Source: Acidobacteriota bacterium (GTDB lineage: Bacteria; Acidobacteriota; Thermoanaerobaculia; Thermoanaerobaculales; Sulfomarinibacteraceae). From it: DNA of 64,000 nucleotides. Under the pieces are notes generated by a model, which did no database searches, had not been told where the DNA came from, and saw nothing but the letters and a program-made list of their open reading frames with translations. The DNA lies in the NCBI GenBank assembly GCA_024641545.1, contig JAHECW010000004.1, positions 1,960 through 65,959 of the forward strand. Reading direction: 5' to 3'. Position numbers and translations under genes: made by a program. Numbering within the stretch: the stretch's first letter is position 1; every line of letters starts with the position of its first letter. This document shows, piece by piece, positions 51,028-60,236 of the stretch.

Positions 51028-51498
51028 ATGCAGAAGGAGGAGCGCGTGGAACTCACGACCATCGAAGACATCCTTGACTACGCCATTTCAAATGAAGAAA
51101 AGGCGGCGAAGCTGTATTTCGAGCTCGCCGAGAACGTCGAGCGCCCCGGGATGCGGGAGGCCTTTCTCCATTTCGCCAAGGAGGAAGAAGGGCACAAGGC
51201 TCGGTTGCTCAAGATCAAGCAGGGACAGATCCCCGCGGTGATCGAGGAAAAGGTGGCCAGCCTCGGGATCGCGGAGATCATGGAAGAACCCGAGACCGCA
51301 CCGAACATGACCTATCAGGAGGCGCTGCTCTTTGCCATGAAGGCCGAGAAAGCGGCCTTCGTACTCTACACAAAGCTCGCCGAGGCGACCTCCGACGCCG
51401 GTCTTCAGCGGGTCTTCCGCGGTCTCGCCCAGGAGGAAGCAAAGCACAAGCTCCGCTTCGAGATCGAGTACGACGATCACGTGCTCGAAGGCGTCTGA
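51028..51498 (+). CDS. rubrerythrin/ferritin-like diiron protein (no rubredoxin domain)
   Basis: Two ExxH pairs in four-helix-bundle spacing (FAKEEEGHKARL, LAQEEAKHKLRF). A possible TTGCCC-16-TATAAA promoter lies at 50974-51001. Confidence 0.7.
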   Translation: MQKEERVELTTIEDILDYAISNEEKAAKLYFELAENVERPGMREAFLHFAKEEEGHKARLLKIKQGQIPAVIEEKVASLGIAEIMEEPETAPNMTYQEALLFAMKAEKAAFVLYTKLAEATSDAGLQRVFRGLAQEEAKHKLRFEIEYDDHVLEGV

Positions 51499-51599
51499 TC
51501 GCAGCGAGCACCGGCGGACCGCCTCCGGCGACCGGGCGGCACCCGCCGCAAGGGGTGTGCGCTGCACATCCTGGGGTCGACCGATCGATGGAGGTGGAG

Positions 51600-53300
51600 A
51601 TGCGACGAGGTACCCTGGTGTTCATGGCAGCGATTCTGATTTCCGGTCTGGCCGCCGCCGCAGACCGGCCCGAAGGCCGCTCCTTCGCCACCCGCTCGGT
51701 GGTCCACGCCAAGCACGGGATGGTGGCCGCGGCGCACCCTCTCGCCGTGGAAATCGGTCTCTCCGTGCTCAAGGACGGCGGCAGCGCGGTCGATGCCGCG
51801 ATCGCGGTCAACGCCGCGCTCGCCCTGATGGAGCCCGTCTCCTGCGGCCTCGGCGGCGACATCTTCGCCATGGTCTGGGATCCCGAGACCGAGAAACTCC
51901 ACGGTCTCAACGGTTCCGGGCGCGCGCCGGCGGCGCTGCGACCGGAACTGGTGCCGGCGGAGGAAGACGGCACCATCCCGGTCTACTCGCCCTATGCGTG
52001 GACGGTCCCGGGGTGTGTCGACGGCTGGTTCGAGCTGCACGAGAAGTTCGGCCGCCTGCCCATGGCCCGGTTGCTCGAGCCTGCCATCGCCGCCGCCCGG
52101 GAAGGGGCGCCGGTGCCGCGGGTCATCGCCGGCAGCTGGGCCCGCGGTGCTGCCAGATTCAAGGACATGCCCGGATTCGCCGAAGTCTTCATGCCCGGCG
52201 GATCGACCCCGGCCGAGGGCGAGCTCTTCGCCAACCCGGCGTTGGCGGACACCCTTCAGCGGATCGCCGAGGGCGGCCGAGATGCCTTCTACGGAGGTCA
52301 GACCGCCGCAGCGATCGTCGCCTTTTCCGACAAGGTCGGCGGCTTCTTCTCGCTGGCTGATCTTGCCGACCATCGCAGCGAGTGGGTCGAGCCGGTCTCC
52401 ACCACCTACCGCGGCCGGACCATGTGGGAGCTGCCTCCGAACGGCCAGGGAATCGCCGCACTCCAGATCCTCAACATCCTCGAGGGATTCGACATCGCGG
52501 CCATGGGGCGCGACAATCCGGACTTCTGGCATCTCCTCATCGAGGCCAAGAAGATCGCCTACGAAGATCGAGCCCGATTCTACGCCGATATGTCGTTCTC
52601 GGACGTGCCGGTGGATGAACTCATCAGCAAGAACTATGGCGCAAAGCGCGCCGAGCTCATCGACATGACCCGCGCGGCACCGCGGATCGAACCCGGCAAC
52701 CCGAACCTCAGCCACGGCGACACCACTTTCCTCGTCGCCGCCGATCAGTGGGGCCAGATGGTCTCGCTCATCCAGTCCAACTACACCGGGTTCGGCTCGG
52801 GCTACGTGGTGCCCGAGCTCGGCTTCGGGATCCAGGACCGCGGCGCCCTGTTTTCTCTCCAAGCGGGCCACCCCAACGTCCTCGCACCGGGCAAGCGGCC
52901 GTTCCACACCATCATCCCGGCCTTTATGGGCGAAACCGGCGTGCCCGACACGGCCTTCGGCGTCATGGGCGGCGACATGCAGCCCCAGGGCCACATCCAG
53001 ATCATGATCAACCTCGTCGATTTCGGAATGGATCTCCAGGAGGCGGGCGACGCCGCCCGGTTCCACCACACCGATTCATCCGAACCCACCGGGACCCTCA
53101 TGTCCAGCGGTGGTGTGGTTCATCTGGAATCCGGGGTGTCGGCCGAGATCAAGCGCGAGCTCATGCGCCGCGGCCACCGGATCGAGGAGATCAACCCGGC
53201 GGTCTTCGGCGGCTACCAGGCGATCCGCCGCGATCCGGAGACGGGTATCTACGCAGGAGCCACCGAGTCGAGGAAGGACGGGATGGCGGCGGGCTACTAA
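51600..53300 (+). CDS. ggt: gamma-glutamyltransferase
   Basis: ATG 51600 follows GGAGGTGGAG. Signal peptide MRRGTLVFMAAILISGLAAAA. Autoprocessing site HGDTTFLVAAD. Motifs GGDMQPQGH and GYQAI. Confidence 0.93.
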   Translation: MRRGTLVFMAAILISGLAAAADRPEGRSFATRSVVHAKHGMVAAAHPLAVEIGLSVLKDGGSAVDAAIAVNAALALMEPVSCGLGGDIFAMVWDPETEKLHGLNGSGRAPAALRPELVPAEEDGTIPVYSPYAWTVPGCVDGWFELHEKFGRLPMARLLEPAIAAAREGAPVPRVIAGSWARGAARFKDMPGFAEVFMPGGSTPAEGELFANPALADTLQRIAEGGRDAFYGGQTAAAIVAFSDKVGGFFSLADLADHRSEWVEPVSTTYRGRTMWELPPNGQGIAALQILNILEGFDIAAMGRDNPDFWHLLIEAKKIAYEDRARFYADMSFSDVPVDELISKNYGAKRAELIDMTRAAPRIEPGNPNLSHGDTTFLVAADQWGQMVSLIQSNYTGFGSGYVVPELGFGIQDRGALFSLQAGHPNVLAPGKRPFHTIIPAFMGETGVPDTAFGVMGGDMQPQGHIQIMINLVDFGMDLQEAGDAARFHHTDSSEPTGTLMSSGGVVHLESGVSAEIKRELMRRGHRIEEINPAVFGGYQAIRRDPETGIYAGATESRKDGMAAGY

Positions 53301-53308
53301 GTAATGAT

Positions 53309-53392
53309 GAGTTCTCAATTATGAATTTTGAATTTCATCGCGGTCCTCGCGGGTACCCTGAGATGGAATTCATAATTCAAAATTGAGAATTC
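53309..53392. repeat. AT-rich imperfect inverted repeat (30-nt arms, 24-nt GC-rich loop)
   Basis: The left arm GAGTTCTCAATTATGAATTTTGAATTTCAT (53309-53338) matches the reverse complement of the right arm (53363-53392) at 26 of 30 positions by hand. Each arm contains TGAATT repeats. Confidence 0.85.
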
Positions 53393-53435
53393 AAGATTTG
53401 AAGTTTGAGCGCGTAAGCGCGCTAAACTCCTGATC

Positions 53436-55172
53436 ATGCTTGACACCATCCTGACCCCGGAACACCAGGAGATCGTGCGCGAGGAGCGGGGCCTCCTCGG
53501 CGAGGTGGCTTCGGCCCTTGACCGGTCGGATGTCGCCCCGGACGAACGCGGGGCGTTGGCCGACTCGCTGCGCCAGCTCGACGAGCTCTTCCTGCTCGTG
53601 GTCGTCGGCGAGTTCAACGCCGGCAAATCGGCCTTCATCAACGCCCTTCTCGATCGTCAGCTCCTGGCCGAGGGCGTCACCCCGACCACGGCGAAGATTC
53701 ATCTGCTGTCGTGGGGGGAAACCGAAGGCCACGGTGCCGTGGACGCCGTCACCGAGAGGGTGACCGCACCGGTCGAGATCCTGCGCCAGCTCAGCCTGGT
53801 CGATACCCCGGGAACCAACGCCCTCGACCGGAGTCACGAGGCGCTTACCACCCACTACGTGCCGCGCGCCGATCTGGTCTTCTTCGTGACCTCGGCCGAT
53901 CGACCGTTTTCCGAGTCCGAACGCCTCTTTCTCGAGCGCATCCGCGAGTGGGGCAAGAAGGTGGTGGTGGCGGTCAACAAGATCGACATCCTGAGATCAC
54001 CCGGTGAGATTTCCGAGGTCCTCAACTGGGTCCGATCCAACGGGATGCGGTTGCTCGGTGCGACTCCAGTGGTCTTTCCGGTTTCGGCGCTGAAGGCTCG
54101 TCAGGCCCAGGGCGCCGGCGATGCCGAGGCGTTGGCGGCCAGCGGTCTGCCCGAAATCGAGGCCTGGCTCCAAGCCACCCTCGATGATTCCGAACGTCTT
54201 CGGCTCAAGCTCGGCAACCCGCTCGGGGTCGCCGGCCGGTTGCTCGACATCGGGGTCGGCGCCGTCGACGGCGGACTCGCCCTGCTGCGCGACGATCTCG
54301 CCACCATCGCCGACATCGAAAACCAGACCACGACCTGGGCCGGCGATGTCGACCGCGAGTTCTCGCTCCGCCTTTCGGACATCGATAACGTGCTCCTCGG
54401 AATGGAGAAACGAGGCCTCGATTTCTTCGACGCCACCGTCCGCCTCGCCCGTCTCGCCAAGCTCTTCGACAAGGATGCGCTGGGCGCGCGGTTCTTGAGC
54501 GAGGTTGTCGCCGATGCGCCGAAGCAGGTGGAGATCAAGGTCGAGTCGCTCATCGACTGGTTGGTCGAAACGGATCTCCAGCAGTGGCAGTCGGTGGTCA
54601 ACCACGTCAACCGCCGCGCCGCCGCCCACGCCGATCGGATGGTCGGAGAGGTGGGGGGCCGCTTCGAGGCCGATCGGGGCCGCCTGCTCGCCACCGTCGG
54701 CCGGGCGGCCGCCGATGGTCTCGCCGGCTACGACCGCGCCGCCGAGGCGGGCCGGATGGCCGATGACGTCTCGAAGGCGGTGACCAACACCGCGTTGGCC
54801 GGCTTCGGCGCGGTGGGGCTCGGCGCCACGGTCGCGCTGGTTGCGTCGAGCACAGCCGCCGATGTCACCGGTCTCCTCGCCGCGGGCCTGCTTTTCTCCC
54901 TCGGCCTCTTCATCCTGCCCCACCGCCGGCGCAAGGCCAAGGCCGAGTTCTCCGCCAAGATCTCGTCGCTGCGGACCACGATCATGACCGCGTTGAAGGC
55001 CCAGTTCGCAAGCGAGGCCGAACGCAGTCGGACCCGGCTGGCCAACACCATCGCACCCTACACCCGTTTTGTCCGCACCGAGAGCGACCGGTTGCAGGCC
55101 GAGAAGCGCGAACTCGAGGGCCTCGCCGGGAAGGTGGAGTCGTTGCAGGTGAGGGTCGCCGACCTGCTGTGA
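53436..55172 (+). CDS. bacterial dynamin-like GTPase with C-terminal membrane hairpin
   Basis: G1 motif GEFNAGKSAFINALL, G3 motif VDTPGTNAL, G4 motif AVNKIDIL. Long helical stalk. Hydrophobic paddle ALAGFGAVGLGATVALVASS...LLAAGLLFSLGLFILP. Confidence 0.85.
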   Translation: MLDTILTPEHQEIVREERGLLGEVASALDRSDVAPDERGALADSLRQLDELFLLVVVGEFNAGKSAFINALLDRQLLAEGVTPTTAKIHLLSWGETEGHGAVDAVTERVTAPVEILRQLSLVDTPGTNALDRSHEALTTHYVPRADLVFFVTSADRPFSESERLFLERIREWGKKVVVAVNKIDILRSPGEISEVLNWVRSNGMRLLGATPVVFPVSALKARQAQGAGDAEALAASGLPEIEAWLQATLDDSERLRLKLGNPLGVAGRLLDIGVGAVDGGLALLRDDLATIADIENQTTTWAGDVDREFSLRLSDIDNVLLGMEKRGLDFFDATVRLARLAKLFDKDALGARFLSEVVADAPKQVEIKVESLIDWLVETDLQQWQSVVNHVNRRAAAHADRMVGEVGGRFEADRGRLLATVGRAAADGLAGYDRAAEAGRMADDVSKAVTNTALAGFGAVGLGATVALVASSTAADVTGLLAAGLLFSLGLFILPHRRRKAKAEFSAKISSLRTTIMTALKAQFASEAERSRTRLANTIAPYTRFVRTESDRLQAEKRELEGLAGKVESLQVRVADLL

Positions 55173-55227
55173 GGCCGCATCGACGGATGTTGGCCTCCCG
55201 GAGCTCCACGGCGCCTGGTTGGCCTTC

Positions 55228-58200
55228 CTACGGCGATGCCGGCAACGGCCTCCCCGGCGACCACGGCACGCGCGCCGCCTCCATCTTCGCTTCGAGCGCC
55301 GGCAGCTCGATCTCGAGAAGCTCGCGGAGTTCCGGTTTGATCGCCGCGAACTCGGCCGCCGCGATTTCATACGCCCGCCGGTGGGTTGCGGTAGGGCCGT
55401 AGTCCGACTGACCGTCGGTGACCGTCGCGACCCTGAGCCTGCGCCCCACGTTCGGCACCTGCGGGTGACCGAACGAGGCCAACGACCGGTTGCCGGCGAG
55501 CTTCTGGTCGACCTCGTAGAGCCGCTGTTTGATGGATTCGAGCTCGCTGTCCAGGGTGCCCGGATCGAAGGTCGACCGGTTGAGCGCACGGCCGAGAATC
55601 TCGACCGTCTTGAATGCCTCGCCAAGCGCTTCCGAGGCGCCCGTGACCTCACGCTGGAGCTCGGCGACCTCGCGCATGTAGCTGGCGGTCTCGGCGGGGG
55701 ACGAGCCTTCGAGCACACCCTCGAAGACCCGGACGACCTCGAAGTCGAGGGGTTCGCTGAGAACCTCCACTTTGCCGCCAAGCCGTCTTGACAGGGTCAC
55801 CGTGTAGCTCCCCGGAGGCGCCATGAAGCCGCTGTCCGTGTCTCGTTCCCACGGGTTGTCCCCGGTGCCGGCGGCCCGTTTGACGGCGCGGGTCGAGGGA
55901 TAGCGGAGATCCCAGGCGACGCGGTGGAATCCTTTCTTGGCCGGCCCGGTAAGGGTTCTCACGATCTCGCCGGCAGTATTGCGGACGGTGAGAAGAATCT
56001 CGGGCTCGGGCTGTCGCCGTTCATCCTCCAGGGCGTCGTAGCCGACATAGGGCGTGTTCTTCCACTCCTTCTCCAGTTCGGTCTCGGCCTCGCGGCGCAG
56101 CGCCTCGAGGGTCTTGAGCTCCTCGGCGAGATGGTAGGTGAAGACGGCACCGAAAGGCGGATTGTCGGCGACGTAATAGGCACCGCCCATGGAGGCCTGG
56201 CCGTCCTCGCCGAGGGGTCGACGTTGGATGTACCACAACGCCGGACGGACCGGGAAGAGGAGCGCCTCGCTCGCGAGCGCCTCGGCGCTGATGTGACGCA
56301 GGGGGCTGTAGTCGTCGAAGATGAAAAATCCGCGCCCGAACGAGGCTCCCACGAGATCGTTCTCGCGCCGTTGAATACCGACATCGCGGAAGGAGATGGT
56401 GGGCACTCCGCCCGCGAGCTTGACCCAGTGCGAGCCGCCGTCGACGGTGAAGAAGAGACCGAACTCGGTGGCGGTGAAGAAGAGGTCCGGTTTGACGTGG
56501 TCCTGCACCAGCCGCCAGACAAGGTGGCGGTCGGGAAGATCGCCGGTCATGCGGCTCCAGGTCCTGCCGCGGTTTGCGGTCGTGAGGAGATATGGAGCGA
56601 AGTCGCCGTACTTGTGGTTGTCGAGGGCGACGTAGGCGGTGTCGGCATCGAAGAGATCGGCGACGATGTTGTTGACGAAGGCGGTGTCGGGGACGCCGGG
56701 GAGATCGCCGACGGGGATCGCCCGCCATGAACCGCCGCCGTCGGAACTCACCTGGATGAGCCCGTCATCGGTGCCGGCCCAGAGGATTCCCTCCGTGACC
56801 GGCGACTCGGCCAGCGAGGTGATGGTGTTGTAGGCCGACATGGCCTGGAAATCCCACGGCGCGGTCGAGCTCCATTGACGACCCATCAACGGCAAGAGCA
56901 TCCGATCCTCGTTTTTGGTCAGATCAGGGCTCACGGGGCGCCAGCTGTCGCCGCGGTCATCCGACCGCCAGACGCGTTGCGAAGCGTAGTAGAGCCGGGT
57001 CGGCGAATGCGGGCTGACGAGGATGGGCGCGTCCCAGTTGAAGCGTTCGGGGGGGTCGCCGGGCTCGGGTTGGGGCTGGATGTAGACAATCCCGCCGGTG
57101 GTCCGGTCGGTGCGCACGAGGTTGCCCTCCTGCCACTCGGAGTAGACGATGTCGGGGTTGCCGGGTTCCACCGCCGGCTGGTGGCCGTCGGCGAAAAGGG
57201 TGAGAAACCAGTCGGCGTTGGTGATCCCGTTGACGTTGTCGGTGCGGCTCGGCCCACCCTGGGTGCTGTTGTCCTGGGTGCCGCCGTAGATCTTGTAAAA
57301 GGGCGCCGAATCGTCCAACGCGAGCTTGTAGAACTGGGTCACCGGGAGGTTGGCGACATAGCGCCAGCTCGCGGCGAGATCAAAGCTCTCATAGAGCCCG
57401 CCGTCGGTCCCCAAGAGGAGCCAGTTCGGGTCGTCGGGTCGAAACGCCAGGGCGTGATTATCCGGGTGTTTTGCTTTTTCTTCGAGCTCGCGGAAGGTCG
57501 TGCCGCCGTCGTCGGAGACCTGAACCCGGGAGTCCATGAGGTAGATCCGGTCAAAGGCGTGCGGGCTCGCGACCAGCTCCTGGTAGTAGTGGGGTCCGGT
57601 GGCGCCCGCCACCGCGTCGGATCGTTTTTCCCAGGTCGCGCCGCGGTTGGTCGATCGCCAGACGCCGCCCTTGGAATTGTCGAGCTCGACGGCGGCGTAG
57701 ACCACGTCGGGCCGCTGCGGCGAGACGGCGAGGCCGATCTTGCCCAGGTTGCCCTTGGGCAGGCCCTCGGTGAGCCGGGCCCAGGTCGCGCCGCCGTCGA
57801 CGCTGCGGTGAATCCCGCTCTCGGGACCTCCGTCGATCAACGCGGCCACCGTGCGTTGATGTTGCCAGGTCGCGGCGTAGAGGAGATCCGGGTCGCGCGG
57901 ATCCATCACGACATCGGTGACCCCGGTCCACTCCCCCGCCGACAGGACGTTGGTCCAGGTCGCGCCGCCGTCGGTGGTCTTGTACAGTCCGCGCTCGCCG
58001 CCCCGAGACCACAGCGGGCCCTGGGCGGCAACAAAGAGGGTATTGGAATCCTCCGGGTGGATGACGATCTTCGAGATATGCTGGGTGCCCTCGAGCCCCC
58101 TGGCCTCCCAGTTGGCGCCGCCATCGGCGCTGCGGTAGATACCGTCGCCGAAACCGACGTGGCGGCCGCCGACATTTTCACCGGTACCCACCCAGACCAC

Positions 58201-58515
58201 CTCCGGGTTGGCCGGGTCGACGGTGATGCAGCCGATGGAGTAGGAGCTCTCACCGTCGAAGACCGGGTCCCAGGTGGTGCCGGCGTTGATCGTTTTCCAC
58301 ACCCCCCCCGAACCCACCGCGACGTACCAGACGCTGGGGTCGGTCGGGTGGATGGCGATGTCGGCGATCCGACCCGACATGAGGGCCGGTCCGATGTTTC
58401 GGAGTTCGAGTCCCTTGAAGGCTTCGGCGGTCATTGCCGGGGCTGCGCCGTCTTCGGCGGCGGCGACGGGCAGGACGAGCGCGATGATGGTCAGCGCGAC
58501 GGCGGCTCTTCTCAT
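55228..58515 (-). CDS. secreted BNR/Asp-box repeat protein (VPS10/sortilin-like double beta-propeller; often annotated glycosyl hydrolase)
   Basis: ATG 58515 follows GGAGGA. Signal peptide MRRAAVALTIIALVLPVAAA. Repeated SxDxGxTW boxes (SADGGANW, TTDGGATW, SVDGGATW, STNRGATW, SDDGGTTF, SSDGGGSW, TVDGGSHW). Confidence 0.85.
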   Translation of the reverse strand: MRRAAVALTIIALVLPVAAAEDGAAPAMTAEAFKGLELRNIGPALMSGRIADIAIHPTDPSVWYVAVGSGGVWKTINAGTTWDPVFDGESSYSIGCITVDPANPEVVWVGTGENVGGRHVGFGDGIYRSADGGANWEARGLEGTQHISKIVIHPEDSNTLFVAAQGPLWSRGGERGLYKTTDGGATWTNVLSAGEWTGVTDVVMDPRDPDLLYAATWQHQRTVAALIDGGPESGIHRSVDGGATWARLTEGLPKGNLGKIGLAVSPQRPDVVYAAVELDNSKGGVWRSTNRGATWEKRSDAVAGATGPHYYQELVASPHAFDRIYLMDSRVQVSDDGGTTFRELEEKAKHPDNHALAFRPDDPNWLLLGTDGGLYESFDLAASWRYVANLPVTQFYKLALDDSAPFYKIYGGTQDNSTQGGPSRTDNVNGITNADWFLTLFADGHQPAVEPGNPDIVYSEWQEGNLVRTDRTTGGIVYIQPQPEPGDPPERFNWDAPILVSPHSPTRLYYASQRVWRSDDRGDSWRPVSPDLTKNEDRMLLPLMGRQWSSTAPWDFQAMSAYNTITSLAESPVTEGILWAGTDDGLIQVSSDGGGSWRAIPVGDLPGVPDTAFVNNIVADLFDADTAYVALDNHKYGDFAPYLLTTANRGRTWSRMTGDLPDRHLVWRLVQDHVKPDLFFTATEFGLFFTVDGGSHWVKLAGGVPTISFRDVGIQRRENDLVGASFGRGFFIFDDYSPLRHISAEALASEALLFPVRPALWYIQRRPLGEDGQASMGGAYYVADNPPFGAVFTYHLAEELKTLEALRREAETELEKEWKNTPYVGYDALEDERRQPEPEILLTVRNTAGEIVRTLTGPAKKGFHRVAWDLRYPSTRAVKRAAGTGDNPWERDTDSGFMAPPGSYTVTLSRRLGGKVEVLSEPLDFEVVRVFEGVLEGSSPAETASYMREVAELQREVTGASEALGEAFKTVEILGRALNRSTFDPGTLDSELESIKQRLYEVDQKLAGNRSLASFGHPQVPNVGRRLRVATVTDGQSDYGPTATHRRAYEIAAAEFAAIKPELRELLEIELPALEAKMEAARVPWSPGRPLPASP

Positions 58516-58800
58516 CTGAGTTCCTCCATGGCGGAATTCCGGCTCCGCGATCACTCAGCCTAACAAAACTGGAGCCCCGATGGGTGTCCGGTTGAGCCAC
58601 CGAGACACGGAGAACCCATCGCAGTTGCGCCACGAAGAGGCAAGACACGCGAACTCGTCGCAAGAGCCGTCACACCTGGAACCCGGCGGTGCTCTCCTTG
58701 ACGGCGGCTGACCCCGTGGCCGTGCACTCGTGATGCGGCGGAAGCTGAAGGACGGCCGCGATGGCGTATCATTTCCCGGAGCAACCCGAACGGAGGAACC

Positions 58801-60129
58801 ATGGCCGCTTCGTCACCATCAGCGAACAAGAACTCATTCATCGGGTACTTCGAATGGTTCGTCCACTCCGAGGTCATCGGCAGCATCCTGCTGCTTGCAT
58901 GCACGCTCGTCGCGCTGGCCTGGGCGAACTCGCCCTGGGCCGGAGTCTATGACAATCTGCTCCACACCTATCTCGGCGTCTCGTGGGGCGACGTTGCCTT
59001 CAAGCTCAACCTCCACCACTGGATCAACGACGGTCTGATGGTGATCTTCTTCTTTGTCGTCGGCCTCGAGATCAAACGCGAACTCGTCATCGGCGAGCTC
59101 TCGTCCTTCGACAAGGCGGCGCTGCCGGTGGCGGCGGCGCTCGGTGGGATGGTCGCGCCGGCACTGTTGTTCGTTGCTCTCAACCAGGGCGGCGCCGGCG
59201 CCCGCGGCTGGGGTATTCCCATGGCCACCGACATCGCCTTCGCCCTCGGGATACTCGCGATCTTCGGAAAACGGGTCCCCCTCGGACTCAAGGTCTTCCT
59301 CACCGCACTGGCCATCGCCGACGATCTCGGCGCGGTGGCGGTGATCGCTCTCTACTACACCGAGAAGATCCGGTTCGGCGCGCTCGTCGTGGCGGCGGTC
59401 CTGCTCGCGGTCCTCTTCTTCGCCATTCAACTCCGGGTCCGGAGGGTCGGCTTTCTCATCGCTCTGATGGTCGCGGTCTGGCTCGCGGTCTTCGCCTCGG
59501 GGGTGCACGCCACCGTTGCCGGAATCCTGCTCGCCATGGTGATACCCGTTCGCCCGGTCGTGAGCCCGAAGCAGTTCATCGTCGATGCCGAGGCCTTTCT
59601 CGACACGGCAAAGAACCGGATCCAATCGGGCACGTGCATCGTCAGCGACAGCGAACAGCTCGACGCGGTGGAGGCCATCCACGTTCGGGCCGGAGACGCC
59701 CTGCCCACCGGTCTCATGCTCGAGCATGCCCTGCACCCGCTTCAGGTGTGGCTCATTCTGCCGCTCTTCGCGCTCGCCAACGCCGGGGTGTCGTTGGGCG
59801 GCGACCTGCTCGAGGTCCTGGCAAACCCGCTCGCGCTGGGAATCATCGCCGGGCTGGTGGTGGGCAAACCGCTGGGAATCGCACTGCTGAGCTGGTTGGT
59901 CGTACGCACCGGTGCGGGGCGCCTGCCCGCGGGCGTCACCTGGTCCCAGGTGGTCGGCGCCGGCTGTCTCGCGGGGATCGGCTTCACCATGTCGCTCTTC
60001 GTCAGCGAACTCGCCTTCAGCGACGAAACCCTAATCGCCGCCGCCAAGATCGGGATTCTCGCGGCGTCCCTGGCGTCGGGGGTCATCGGCTACGTGACCT
60101 TGAGCCGGGTGCTGCCGAGGGTCGACTGA
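58801..60129 (+). CDS. nhaA: Na+/H+ antiporter NhaA
   Basis: ATG follows GGAGGAA. NhaA signatures WINDGLMVIFFFVVGLEIKRE and ALAIADDLGAV. Confidence 0.93.
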   Translation: MAASSPSANKNSFIGYFEWFVHSEVIGSILLLACTLVALAWANSPWAGVYDNLLHTYLGVSWGDVAFKLNLHHWINDGLMVIFFFVVGLEIKRELVIGELSSFDKAALPVAAALGGMVAPALLFVALNQGGAGARGWGIPMATDIAFALGILAIFGKRVPLGLKVFLTALAIADDLGAVAVIALYYTEKIRFGALVVAAVLLAVLFFAIQLRVRRVGFLIALMVAVWLAVFASGVHATVAGILLAMVIPVRPVVSPKQFIVDAEAFLDTAKNRIQSGTCIVSDSEQLDAVEAIHVRAGDALPTGLMLEHALHPLQVWLILPLFALANAGVSLGGDLLEVLANPLALGIIAGLVVGKPLGIALLSWLVVRTGAGRLPAGVTWSQVVGAGCLAGIGFTMSLFVSELAFSDETLIAAAKIGILAASLASGVIGYVTLSRVLPRVD

Positions 60130-60236
60130 CGCCGACGCTGAACCGGCCGTTGCTCGAGCACCGGCCTGAGCCTCCCGAATGACGCACATCGCCGTGCATG
60201 TGGGTTAATCTATCGGCAAGGATCGAAGGGAAGGTC

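Noticed and set aside
53997-55781. 594-aa minus-strand ORF, with the 562-aa plus-strand ORF at 56875-58563
   Set aside because: They are antisense to the dynamin-like gene and to the BNR/VPS10-type gene respectively. The sense frames carry GTPase motifs and Asp-boxes.
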